Shown here piece after piece: positions 25,701-39,397 of a stretch of DNA of 44,102 nucleotides. The translations under genes were made by a program, and so were the position numbers. Each line of letters opens with the position of its first letter. Within the stretch, counting starts at the first letter, position 1. The notes under the pieces were generated by a model. The model worked only from the letters and a program-made list of their open reading frames with translations, was not told the DNA's origin and searched no databases. The stretch spans positions 1 to 44,102 of the forward strand of contig JAAOMT010000755.1 in assembly GCA_016748015.1 (NCBI GenBank), written 5' to 3'. Source of the DNA: Geosiphon pyriformis uo1 (lineage: Eukaryota > Fungi > Glomeromycota).

Positions 25701-26579
25701 CTTTATAATTGCATATTTAAAAGTTTTTAATGTTTTTTTTTTAATTTTAATGGGCTTTTTTAACTATAAAAGATTTAGTTTTGGCACTTTTTTTTAAATA
25801 ATTTTTGCACAGTTTTAATTTTTTATTAAATAGCAGACTAATTGGTTTCTAATTTTTATAATAAATTAGACATGATTTGTATTTGTTGTTAAAAGAATAC
25901 AAAATTTGGTTGTACTAATATCTTACATAAAACCATGATATTAATAATTTTATTTAGTTTTCTCTTTAGATTGCTAATAAAACATTCTATTAAGCATGTT
26001 ACAACATGGTTAGTAGTTTTCTATTAATAATTAATTTTTTGCTGTTTATTTGTATATTATTTAAGAGCTTTTTTTGTTGTAAAAGCAATTTTTATTATTA
26101 TTATTATTATTTAAATTGTTAGAATTTTTAAAATTATTATTATTGTTGTTGTTGTTTTAAAGTTATTGTTGTAGTTTGATCATTTTAGAAAATACTGGTC
26201 AATATTAACACTTAACTATAATTGGTTCTATGCGATAAAAAATTTACATAATTTGTAATTCGTTTTTGATATTTTCATATTAGTTTTAATACAAATTTTA
26301 TTTATTTGCACAGATATAGCTTTTGTAATTTCTAGTTTTTTCTTCTTATTACATATTTATTGGTTATTAGTCTTGTCAAAGGTTTATTTATCTTTCTTTT
26401 AAAAAATACTGCTTTAAGTTATAGTACTATTATTTTTAGCAAATATTTGATTCAAATAATAGTCAAACATTTTTTTAAAGCTATTGGAAGAAGAAATAAT
26501 GAATTTCTAAGTTGTGCAATAATTAACATAAATAAAGATAAAAAAAATTGAAATTATAAAAGCTATTTCTGTTTGTATC

Positions 26580-27160
26580 AATAAAACTTTTTTCAAACCA
26601 ATATGAAAAAATTTAAAGCCAAGAAATATACAACTATTGTTGAAAATTAATGGTTTAAAAATTCAAAACTCTCTTTAATTATGAACTTTGTAAAATAATC
26701 ATCTAATTTGGAAAAAACAATTGTAATTAAATGTAAATATTGAGTTATTTTATTAGAAATTGTACAACAACACTAAAAAATGATGATAAAGAAAAATGAC
26801 CAAATTAGCTTTTACCATCTTTAACAATATCAGAAAAATGGTAAATAATGTGCAAACTGAAAAAATGGAATAAAAATAAATGGTTAATTATATTACCATA
26901 TAGTACAATGAATGTTCAATTGACAACCCAGGAAGAAAGCTAGATGAAATTATTGAAGGTATGGTCTTCTTAAATATTAATTCAATCAATCTCTTTAATT
27001 TTGCAATTATATGAATATAAAGCTTGTCAAATCTATTACATGAATTGGAACTAATTAATATCAAAAAATCTTTTGAAAACAAACCTCCTAAAATACGATC
27101 AATAATTGTTGAATGAAAAGAACCAAGTGTCGAGGAAAAAAAGAAAGACATTGAAGATTA
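26580..27160 (+). pseudogene. Possible decayed gene fragment
   Basis: Protein-like 3' part (...PGRKLDEIIE, a GT-AG-like gap, then ELELINIKKSFENKPPKIRSIIVE*KEPSVEEKKKDIED*) with stops. No family recognised. Confidence 0.25.
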
Positions 27161-27793
27161 AACAAAAAATATATATTGCCATTTATTAATATTTTTTAGA
27201 GACAAAACATTTTCAGAGTTTCAAATTTAGATTTGGATTATGACCACTATGTTTACAATATTTTCTAAGTGATCTAGGAGACCAAGTGATTTGAAGTGTT
27301 ATTTCGAAATAATTTAAACTGTAAAGATACTACTATTTCGGTCATATCAAGTCCTAAGAATTTGTTGCAAAGTTAAGAGAAAGATAATAAAAGGAGATAA
27401 ATAGCAATTATAGACTTTCAATAAAATATGTTTGAGTAAAATTAATTTTCAATTCCCTCAAATTAAGTATTACATTGTTTAACTTAATAAAGTATATCCA
27501 TAAAATTTACTAACCAAGGTTATAATAAAGCTCACAATGATAATGTTGTCATTACTTGAAGCCTGAAATTGTGGCTGATTAGAGAAGAAATTGACATATG
27601 ATATTTTTATAATAACTAAGGTTTTTTATCAAAATATCGGCATAAATTTAGATCGAATCTTTGTAAGAAGCTGGCAAATTACTAATAAAACTAATAAAAG
27701 ACCCAAGGAAAAACATCCACTAATGAAGATTGAAAATTTTGTATGCTGGGATAAAGATTAAATTTGATCAAAAGTCCATAAGAAGAGAGGTAA

Positions 27794-28110
27794 ATGGCAT
27801 TATCCAAGGTTTGTATATATCAACACCAACGTGCTCAACAAAATAATATCAATTCATTTAGAATTCGATAATTCAAAACTTTCAAATTCAAACCAAAAAA
27901 TTTCAAAATGATGAGCAACTTGCAGCTCGTATTCAAACGCGTGATCTCTTACAAAGTTTTAAGCCGGTAATTTTCCTCAATTCGGCGCAGGAAACAATTG
28001 CAACTAATGAAGCTACAAATACAAATCAATTGGAAATTGAAGCCGCAAATGCAGCTCAAACAGCCTGCAACTATGATAATGAGGCAACAGCTACTCTTCT
28101 TCTAAATTAG
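27794..28110 (+). CDS. Candidate orphan small protein, 87 aa, two exons (27794-27808, 27862-28110)
   Basis: ATG GCA TTA TCC AAG|gtttgt...tttag| joins in phase 0 to an 83-codon frame ending in TAG. The region retains CpG, as the intact genes do. It is absent from the ORF track. Confidence 0.55.
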
Positions 28111-30523
28111 CACTATAAATTTAAAAAAAACTCCTTGTAACTTTGCAAAATATTAATCGAACTTTGTTGGCTGAATTTAACTTGAAAATTTTCATTTTTT
28201 TTACTTCAATAAAATTAATCTCCATCTTTATTACAATGCTTTGAAAATTGTGAAATCAAAAAACCGAGATCTCGACCATTTGAAAGTGCGACTATTTGAA
28301 ATGGCAACAAAATAAAAATTGAATATCTTGAGTAAACCTAATTGGGATTTTTAATTAATAAATGTTTCCTGACCAAACCAAATTACATATGGTAAATGGG
28401 TTAACTAATTAACATAATTTATTATCATAAAATAGCAAAATCTTGAATGAAAAAAAGCAACAAAATTGATTGCTACACTAATATTTTTAATGGATTTGAT
28501 TTTTATATTTAAATAAGAATTTTTTTCTTTAAGGCTTAATAAAATGTGGCCCACACCACTGTCTATGTATATAAAATTTAAACATCTTATAATAGATGCA
28601 GCTTATGCTTTTTTTTTCACATGTTAACAGTCATCTGAGCCAGTTAAAACAACACCACACATGATTTAAATATTTTATGAGCACATAAATAGAATTTCAG
28701 TTTGTTAATACAACCAAAATAACTTAAATGATCTATCATAAGCATAATTTTATTTTTCAAATCAGATTACAATCAATTATTCCAAATTTCTTTTCTTAGA
28801 TCACACTATGTTTCTTATATTTTATCCTTATCTTAGTTGTTGAAAATCACACACTTTTTCGATGTGTAGTTACAAAAAATCATACAAGTTTCTATAATCT
28901 TCTTGGCTGTCAATTTAGCAAGTGTAAAAACTTTCAAGACTTTATTATACCAGTTTTTGAACATAAAACTCTTTGCTAAAATTACATAAGTCTACTGTAT
29001 GAAAACTCAATTAACACTTTTAAATAAGAATTCTAATTTTTTAAGATCTTTAAAAACTCTAAAAACACTAATTACAAAACTGAATTATGTAAATTATATA
29101 TCCTTATACTTATAAATAACATTTAATCTAATATTTACATTAAAAACATAAATAAATACATAATCTGATAACTTGACTTTTTTATATTTAATGGATAAAA
29201 TATTTGAATATTTGTTATTTTATACTTTTTTTTAAATTACAAATGGTAGTCTACGATGTAACACTTTATTATATAAATACATAAATCTACTATTGTTGTA
29301 TTAATAGTACTAGTTCTTATGTATAAATTAGAATATTACACTAAAATTATTTTGTATCAGTTTATATTATTAACCAAATTTCTGGCCAAATATTTTTTTG
29401 AATATTTTATTTCTTATCAAACATAATTAACAGTATTATAAATATGGCAGATAAATTAACAAGCATTACCAAAAATAAGTATGTTATTTTAATTTTTAAG
29501 AAAACTTTTTGAGATTTTGTGTGACAACATACATTCAAAGAATAAAACTATACTGGTCATTTAGTCTGCTTATTTATTGTTTAAAACTCATGAATGGTTT
29601 TTTATTTTAATTCCAAAATTGTTTTAGTAATTTTGCATTTTTCTATTTAATAATTATTTTAAAAGTCTGGTTTGTTAAAATTTGCCTTTAATCTGCAAAT
29701 ATGTATGGCTGCTTGAATATTTGTATAAATATACGTTCTTTCTTCCAAAAAACATACTTCAATGTTAGTACTATGGCAGTAAATTTAGTTAATGGTAATA
29801 ATATTGGTCTGTAAATCTTAACTCTAATTTTAGTAATATTTTTTTGCAAATTCATATTAATTTATTTATTTAATTTTATATTTTAATAATACAATATTCA
29901 TATTATAACAGAACATTATTAATAAATATAAATTCAAAAATAATATTTTTAAATAATAAAAAAGTAATTTCAAAAAAAAGATATTTAACTTATTAATTAT
30001 AAAAAAATAATAATTAAAATAGAAAATAATTTTTACAAAAAAACAAGATTATTATTTTTCATAAAATATGATCACATATATTTAATTAAAAATATTATTT
30101 AATATTATGAAAAAACTGTTAGCTTTATAATATTTCATAGCTTTTCCTGAATTGTCACATCTTTTTTGTTATCCTTTGAAAGAAATTAAAAAAGTGAGCC
30201 GCAAGTTTTGATGAAAACTTTTTTAAACCAATTACTTAATAAGTTCACAAATTTCGGGTTTTTATTTGCTAGTATGTTTCACTTTTATTCACTATGTGTT
30301 TGACTTAAAAGATGTGCGGGTATCTCTTCTGATAAGAGTAAGTATTTGATCCAAAAAATTTGGATGTGATCAACAATAAAAAAAGAATTCATAATCTTGG
30401 GCAGATCTGCAATTTTTTGATTATCATAATAATTATCAATATTATAACTGAATCATTTATTTAAACTATCAACGTGACAAAAAAACTTCTAATCAATTTC
30501 CACCTCATTAAGAAAAATACAAG

Positions 30524-32005
30524 ATGTCAAAATTAATTTTAAAAAATCATGTTTTCCAGATTTCATTAATTGTATTTTGTAATTTTTGGTTAATTGTTCA
30601 AAGTAACTCAGTTCTAATTTTTAGAAATGAAGAAATTGAAGATAACTCTTTAACTAATCTGGTGTTTTCGGTCAATAATAATGGTGGCGTGCTCTTAGAT
30701 GAGTTAACATTACCATATCAGAATGCACCAAGTGATTTAAATGAACTTCCATTAAAAATTTTAGAGCCAATGGAATTCGAAACGAATAGAGTAAATGAAC
30801 AGACACTGTCAAATATTGATGATTTAACCAATGAAAGAACTTTTTTAGCACCAGAAAAACAATTTGATGAAACCGCATTTTCAATAAACTCATTACCATA
30901 CGAAATGGACTCGATCACGGGTACTAGTGTTTCCCAACTCATAAGCCTACAAAATCTTTTGAATCCAAACATATTAGCCGAATTTTTTGATGCCGACTCC
31001 AACAATATCTTTGCCTCGAATTACGATAGGAATACAAATTCTCAACTACAAAAAATAGCAGCAAGTCAAGAAGAAAAAAAAGCATTTAGCTATTTTGCTG
31101 GGTTAGCACAGACCACCTATTGTCTACGCAAAAAATTAAACACAACGAGTGGGCAATATTTAGGTAATTTTTTGTAAAAAAAATTTTAATTATTAAAATT
31201 TCTAAAAATTTTAAATTCTATCAAAAGCCTATGGATTACCGAGCAAAACTGGATACTTGATCTCATTCGCTGGCGATGAAGATGAATTACAAAAAAACAT
31301 TGAAGGAGATGGAATATCATTAATAAATTATCCAGACCAACCTGGGGCAAAAATTCATAAAATTTTATATGAAAATTATATTTCATTTAAAGATACTCTT
31401 CTTTCGAAAGTTGCTAAGGGTGTTGATTTACAACCACAAAAATTTCGAGTTCTACTTCTTGGGTATGGTTTGGGTGGTGGTAAGTCTAACTTTCGATAGA
31501 ATTTTTTAAATTTCGAATTTTTTTAAACTAAATTTTATATGTCAAGTGTATGCCCAATTTGCTGCACTTGACATTTCCAAAATGCTCAAGACAAACCATT
31601 CCCTAATAGCTATGACATATGGTCAACCACGATTCGGGAACAAAGAACTTGCGATCGAAATTGACAAAGTCGCCCAAGTTTTAAGGTTTACTAATAAAGA
31701 GGATAATATCCCACGATTACCAATAAAGCACAAGGAAGTGAGATTTGTGCATAGCGGCACAGAAATTTGGTCTTTTTCGAAAGATGAGGCGGTATGGTGT
31801 AAGCGTGGTAACGATGATGCTGGTGAAAGTCAGGTAGTGACCTGTAGTGTCATATAATGATAGATCATTTCTGATTTTAATTTTTTTCTCAATTTTTGAA
31901 TTTTTATAGGCTTGTATTAACAGCGGATTATTACAAAACCCTGAAGACCATGCTGGACCTTATTTTAGTGTATTAATGACCGATTGTAACAACATATTAA
32001 AATAA
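30524..32005 (+). CDS. Secreted class-3 lipase-like protein, probably inactive (exons 30524-31163, 31228-31479, 31547-31833, 31910-32005)
   Basis: Hydrophobic N-terminal signal and a long acidic pro-region, then YFAGLAQTTYC, AKIHK, LLGYGLGGVYA (nucleophile elbow), MTYGQPRFGN, RFTNKEDNIPRLP, FVHSGTEIW, EDHAGPYF. Confidence 0.9.
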
Positions 32006-35000
32006 TGTCTTTCAAACACATTACTTATTTTTGACCTTGGGTCTGTTACTATACTTTTTTTCAAAAAAAATCTTGATAATCGAAATACTGAATAATAATA
32101 AAGTTTTTTGCATTCTTTTAGTACTTTGACTAAAGATGACAACTGCAATAACAAATGTGTAACTCCTACTCTCTTTGTCAGTAGTTACAGCCTAAAGTTT
32201 TAACTTATGCAGGGATGCAATTTTAGTATTGGTTGGAAATGTTGCCATTGATTATTAGAGATTTTCGGTTTAAATAAATAAATTGTGTGTTGCTTTCAAA
32301 ATCTTGCAAAATGCATGCTTACAAATTTCTTTAGTGTAATAAAAATATTGACACATAATTTTGAGTTATTGGTTAGATCTTTTAAAAGACAATTATTTTA
32401 ATAAGATATTTTCTTTTAATTTTTGGATAAAAGTCGCAGGTCAAGAATAAATTATTCTTGAAAATATTAAACCAAGGTTTAATATAAATTACAATAGTAT
32501 GGGCTACAATCTAATTTCAGTGTAACAGGCTCCAAATGCAATTCATTAAAAGAGGAAATTTTATAGATTTAATTCATTTTTTATTTCTGATTTCTTTATA
32601 GCAAAAGATTTTTAACCAATCAAAATTTTTAAAAACAATCATTGTAAATTTAAACAATATAATCGGGCATTAATAATCAATGAAATAATTGTACCTGTGA
32701 ACAATTGAATTTTTATATAAGAACAATTAATAGGTGTTTTTTTTTCTTTTTTGACGTTTCATTTCTTTGATAATCACTACTATGGTCCAATTGTTAAAAA
32801 TGAAAAAAATATATTCCGTATATTTTTTCTGGTTACTTTTCTAAATATATTGAAAATCTTTCAGTAAGCTATCTCTGTGTCAACGCTATTGGAGAACGTG
32901 TTAGTTAGATTAAAATATTTGGCAATGACTATTCAATAATTCCAAAATAAGTAACATATATTAAAACTAAATCATCTCTTTTCTCAATCTCATTACACAT
33001 GATTGAAATATTTTTTAGCTTTTTTTTCTCTTTATTAGTTGGTACAAGCCTTTTAAAGGAAAATTTTTTGACACCAGAATATACAAGAAATGACCGAATA
33101 TAGACAGTTTCCCTTGATTAATAAACAATAAGAACAACGTGTAAAAACATTTTCTTTTCTGTCGCTATTAATTTAGTTTTGATAATTTTATTGGTTTTAA
33201 AGAATAAAATAGTTTATGAAAATAGACACTGATGAAATGAGACATAATTTGGCAAAGTTTTTTTTTTTTTCAAAAGGATCTATAAAGTTTGGGAAAGTCT
33301 TCACAAAGTTCCTAGCTTAAGAATTTGGTTGAAAATTATGAAGAATCCAGACTCATCCACCAGTATTGTACAAAAAAAATATACAGTTAAAATAATGAAA
33401 ATATCAAAATAAAATCTTGCATTTTTGTTTGAAACAGCTGGAGAATGATCACTTTAGTACATGTGAAAAAGATGACATAATGCACTTGGTTTTTAAAACT
33501 CAAAGCTGTGACATGACATAATTTTTATTATTTATTTATTTTTTAAAAAAAAGCCAAAAAAGAGGTGAGCAATTGATCCAAATAACTCACATTAAACTTT
33601 CAAGATTTCTCCGGAAGAAATTGTAACCTTTTAAAAGACAGAGACAATTGAAAAGTGCTAGAGTTATTGAAGGTTATTTTAGGCTTTTTTGTCTACATCG
33701 AGAAATCAACTTATTCGACATCACAACTTTGTAAATTTTGATTTTTTCGGAAACAAAAATATGGTTCGAGAAACCTTTTTTTTAAAGTAGAATGATTAAA
33801 AATACACATGAAAACGATGATTTTTTATCTAAGCAAAGTTTCATTTTCAATGTATCCATTTGATATTGTTACATAATCTAAAATAAAAATGATTTAAGGA
33901 TACTGTTTTGAAATTAATGAATGAACTTTCTCAACCTAATCTCAGGTGTGTTACATAATTTTTTATTGGAGGGAACTGCATGTTAGAAAATGCAAAAGAA
34001 ATCCATCAAGCCTTTTCTCTTGCCATTTTTGTTCATTATCCATACCACCATTTGAACCTTATTTCCCATTAAAACTCACTGCATTATAAAATGAAATTTT
34101 TTTAAAGTATAATTTAAATTAAAATTATCATTAAAAACATGTGTTCAAATTTCAGACAAATGTGTTTTTTGATTTTATTAGACTTAAATTAAACAAATGA
34201 GCGATAGTAAATCGAATAAAAACTTGGTTTGAAATGTTCTGCTACTGAAAATTATATCAAATTATGCCTTTTTATTTAATTAGAAAGGAATATTTTTGGC
34301 AAAAAGTATTTTTCCCAATAAAAAGCTTTACAAATTATTTAAATTGAAAATATTTTTATATATATTAAAAAATCTTTAACATATATCCTATTAACATTAT
34401 TAAAATTTATACTATCAAATACTCCCTAACTTTTGCACATGCTATTGAAATGTATTCTGTTTAACTTTAAATGTCATTTCAGGTTTTAACCATCTTTTTT
34501 GTTCCTATAATTATTAATTTTATTTTTTCTTTATTTAATTCAAAGAAAGGCTAAATCGTCCGGATAAAAGCACTATTAAAGAATTGTGAATCATCATATG
34601 CTCTCTTTTAAAGTATTGAAAATCTCCTCCTGCCAAATGCAAAAGGGATGCATTAACATTTTGTCATTACCATTTTTGTTCATAATCTGCAAATATAGGA
34701 AACTAATATATTTATGATTACCAGCCTAAGTCTGATAAGAAATCGGGGGAAGAATACTATGCTCTTGATGCAACAAAGTTTGTGATCAATCTCTCAGATC
34801 TGACTTTAGGCACCTGAATTTTTTTTTGTAATCGTTACACTAAATGACAGCTGAGACACATGTCATGCTCGATGAACTTGTAGTCTTGATGGAATCAATG
34901 TGGGCGCTGCATTATCCTTGTTCCTTTTACGATGAAAATCTTTCCAAACTTTCAATTAATTTCATATTTCTCTTAAACAACTTTTTGAAGATCATTAATA

Positions 35001-35656
35001 CTCATATTTAATAAAGAGTTTGATAAAGTAAAAAGTAAAAGTGAGAGAGAAACCAAATTTTCAGAGCTCAAGAATTTGTTAAACAATACTTGCATTATTT
35101 TTCCGCTTCTGAAAAAATCCCCGATAGTTTGATGTAAATTCCGTCTAAAATACAGAAATTAAATGCAAAGCAACAATTCAAAAACTAACTGGTTATCATA
35201 TTGGGTAACCTTTTAAAAGTACCCTTGATAATTTACCCATTTATAGAATCTCGCTGAATATGTCTTGAAGATTGTTTTTATATAGGATGAGTTTTGTTTG
35301 TTTAAACAAACCTTAATAAATTTAGTAAAATATAATGAAAATCTGAAAAAAGGGCTAGATTCTTTGAATTTTTTAATGAAACTCATTGTTATGTTAATAA
35401 AAGTGTTATTGTTAGTGATGTGTACTCCCAATGAAATTAGAATAAAGTTTTAACTTCATCTAAATCCAATGTTTAATGAAAATCTTTAAAAGCCATTCAT
35501 TAAGATTAATTCCTTTGATTCCCTGCGGAGAGACGCGTTGATGCATCTGAACCTCCTGAACCTTGGAAATACATCGACTATCACAGTTTAGCAGCTAATG
35601 ACTTTGAACCTGATAATACTATAAACTCCGAAAAACTTATTACCATTTGTATAATC

Positions 35657-35708
35657 GTCATCATCATCATCATCATCATCATCATTATTATTATTATTAT
35701 TATTATTT
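35657..35708. repeat. Compound (TCA)n(TTA)n microsatellite
   Basis: Visible trinucleotide runs upstream of the GPCR. Confidence 0.9.
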
Positions 35709-36211
35709 CCATGTAACCACCAATACCTCGACTCTAGAATCTCTTGCATAGGAACAATCATGCATTCTTCTTTCGAAAAGCTTGGAATTTCTAGCCACCA
35801 CCTCCTTCCTCCGAAAGTGGAGTACAAGAAAGTTTTATTATGCAAAAAAATGATTAGCTTTCTTTCCTCCAGTAAAGTTCTAAAGTCCCGGTACCTTCAT
35901 TCACTACTATTGCTGCCAAAGTAAAAAAAGGTTTGAGACTAAAAATAGGCTAGCAAAAAAAAAATTACAGCGTTATTTGTTTACATACAAATATGTCGAG
36001 TTTTCTGGTTGTTCCTTACTTTTGACCCCAATTATCCTTTTCACCAATATTTTCGCTATACTATAATTTTAATAAACAATCCTTCCGTCGTCCCTAGGAC
36101 CCCTTTCTTTCTTTTATTCTTTTGATTCTTTACATTTTTACCTTCCTTATCTCATGAAAACTTCCACATTGTTATCCCGACTTCATCTTTCTTTACAATT
36201 ATTCGGCAAAA

Positions 36212-38348
36212 ATGACCATCACAGAAATTGTTGATCACCCATTGGTAATGGGAGGAATCACTCAAGAACAAACAAACTTAATACAAATTTTCGGGTTATC
36301 ATTAACGTCATTATCCATTATAATGTCATTTACGGCTATTGTGGTGTTCCTTCAAATACTACATTATCGTCCGGACCTAGCAGATCGCGTTTCGTTTCGA
36401 TTGAGTGTTGCAACGAATATCAGTGACCTTTTTTTTTCACTGTTTCATCTTACTATCATTTTGTATAAAACTCCGGGACCTCTTTGTTCTATTGTGGTAT
36501 GCCTCATTAATCATTTTAAATTCTGATCTGTGAATTCAGTATTTTCAATCAATCCCTACGCTTTTTATTTTAGGGATGGGGATGGGCATTCTTTTCTTTG
36601 ACATCTGTTTTCTACACAGTTTGCATTGCTATAGTAAGCATATTATTTCCTCTAATCAATTAATTAATTAATTAATCAATCGCATTATTTTCATTACTAA
36701 TACTATCGATGTGGTAAAAAATTCAATTTCAATTTCAAATCAAATTTATTTTCAATCAGAATCTGCAGTTGATCTTCATTTACGAGTACAAAGGTCGACA
36801 CAATTTGGAAAAATATTATTTTTTGTGCCCAATCTTGTTGGCTCTTTTTTTTTCATTGCTCCCATTGACCCAAAATATGTGGGGCTATAGTGTAACAGAA
36901 GGGTATGTGAAAAAATATCCTTTCTAGATTTCTTACGTTTGCTGATATTTCTATAAAATTTTAAGGATATGTTGGTACCGTAATTCGGATGATATCTCTA
37001 CCATTCTCTGGCAATGGTTCACTTTATTTGCCTGGATTACTCTTTCTGTAATTTATTGTTTCTTGGTAGTTATCGCCGTAGTATTAAAGTTGCGCCACAC
37101 AACAATTGATTTCACTGAAATTCTGAACTCATTACCCCTCGCTAGTTCTGCAAAACGTGAATTAATGCTTACCTTCAAACAAAGAAAACTTATATCAACT
37201 ATCGTTCGAAAAGTTATATGGTATCCCATTGTCCCTTTGATCTCTCAAATGTCCAATTATATAGTAAAGACTCATATATATGCAACGAAAACTATCTGTT
37301 TCGAGCTATATTTGTTGGCTTATATTACATGTTCACTTCAAGGTATGTATTAAGAAATTTTCGTGATCCAAGATCATCGATCGATCATTCAATCGATTTA
37401 CTCCATCACATGGTTATTTTCTTTCCAGGAACTTTGAATGCCTTAGTTTTCTCACAAGATATTGCGGTCAGCCGTGCAAGTCAAAGTCTTCGACGTTATT
37501 GGTGGAAAATTTATGTCAACCCTTTTGAAAATCGCTACCCGAATCTTTCAAGAAATAAAAGCTTTCCTTCACAAAAAGGAACCAGCACCGATGATCAGTA
37601 TTGCGCTCTTAATTATTCGTCAGCGATTGAAATAGATTCAGCTGATGACATTGCGATCAAACTGGATGTAATAACATCACATATCAATTCATTTTCTACG
37701 GCTAATTATCATCCAGACACGAGTAAAGTTTTCCCTTATCCGCCATATTGGGAACGATTCAGATATCTTCTTCTTGTCAGTTTGTTGAATAGACCCTCGG
37801 TTCAAGATGAGGTTGCATTGGAACAAGTAGAATCGAGATCGAGGTTAAGTTTATATAGCACAAATGTTGAAAGACGACAATGCCATGTATCATCGACTAA
37901 ATTGGCAAGTCTAAGTACATTAAATCAAGTAAATTCCTCTGAACTCTCAGAATCTAATTCCATATCTTCCGAAGATCGACTAAAAACCATTCTGGCTAAA
38001 GTGAATGCGGCAAAATTGGCAAGAAGTCATAGTGTCTTGATTCCTGATAATTTAAATTGGGAATCAAATAATGGAAATGTTTCCAAACTTGATAGCAACA
38101 TCCTGGCCATTCCTGATCCCGTAATAGAAAATTCAAATAGTGCTCATCTAGCTATTGTAGAATTAGTCAATTTGCCATCTATCAATCAAGCGGAATCTTT
38201 AATATTAGAGAGCGCAACGCCCACTCTTGAAAACAATAATGACAACAATAATCATGATATAATTCCGGGTTTTGAACAATCATTAAATGTCTCATTTCAT
38301 TCCAATTTATCGGATAACGAATATCAGGATACTCTTAGAAAACTGTAA
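36212..38348 (+). CDS. 7TM G-protein-coupled receptor, cAMP-receptor/Git3-like, with a long Ser/Asn-rich C-tail (exons 36212-36496, 36574-36633, 36760-36902, 36966-37342, 37429-38348)
   Basis: Seven hydrophobic segments and motifs DRVSFRL, SDLFF, GPLCSIVGWG, SVFYTVCIAINL, YYFLCP, WGY...CWY, WYPIVPLI, SLQGTLNALVF. All introns are GT-AG and in frame. Confidence 0.9.
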
Positions 38349-39397
38349 ATATTTCTTAATTTTCTCGTCCGATAAATATATTTTCTTTTTATAAACGCAC
38401 GTAACCCGAAAACTTTAAAACGATTTCCTTTTTAAATGATAAGCGTCCCTCTGGTTTTTTTTTAAATCACTTATCCCTTGATCAAGAACATTATTTTCGA
38501 AAATTTTAACTGACCCATATCGGCGAATTTTTCGTGATTCACGTTAGAACATCTCGTACCTCCTTTTTGAATCTTTTCCCATATTAACGGCAAAACAGCC
38601 GGTCGTTAATATTCAGAAAAACGGTAGTAGAAATTTGGAACAAATTTTTAAATCCCAAGATTATTAAGATTCCCATTTTATGACCCCATTTTTAATTAGA
38701 ATGTCAATTTTATTGATTTAGTTATATTATTCAAAGATTATGAATTTATCCTAAGCTGGCTTCAATAGTTTTTTTTAAGAATGTACAAATTAAATCTGGT
38801 GAAATTTTATTTTTGTCGTTTTTTATTTCACATAGTAATGATTTGTCAAAAACAAGTTATGCATAGTTTTTTGTTGTAAATTTAAATAGTGAAGATTTTG
38901 CTGTTGAATTATTTACTGTTATACAAAGCTTTAAAAGGCTTTGAAATATGATAAGTTAAAAATTGATGGATTTTTTTACAAAAAAGTCTTTGATCAAGTT
39001 TTTATGGTTTTATTTTTTTAACCTTTATCATGATTTACTTGCCAAGTCAGATATTATGTCCTTTTCATTTGATTTTTTGTTTACAGTTGCAAATTCAAGT
39101 ATTGGAATTTTAAAATTTCATAATTTATACAATTTTTGATTATAACCAAGTATTCAAAAAACTCAATTTTTATCAATAATCAATGTTACGTGTTAGAATA
39201 ACAAGCTATAAATGACAAGGAATAAGGATTGAACCAAATTAAATTAAATTAATAAAAGTTTTTGAAAATGAAAGAAAATAGGTTGCAAAAAATTTACATT
39301 ATTTTATATTTCAATCAGTGAATCTTGGAGTATGATTGCTTGAAAGACTTTTTAAAATGAGACATTAATACATAAAAGATAAAATACTATATATATA

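Noticed and set aside
20050-26300. Organellar or endosymbiont DNA insertion as the cause of the extreme AT content
   Set aside because: No long ORFs or RNA genes are seen, and the decodable parts are Gypsy pol and LINE ORF1.
28400-30100. CpG-poor tract that looks like a decayed transposon
   Set aside because: I could not recover any diagnostic motif or terminus.
35588-35845. 85-aa minus-strand ORF with poly-N/poly-D
   Set aside because: The frame is helped open by a microsatellite and has no recognisable domain. More likely part of the GPCR upstream region.
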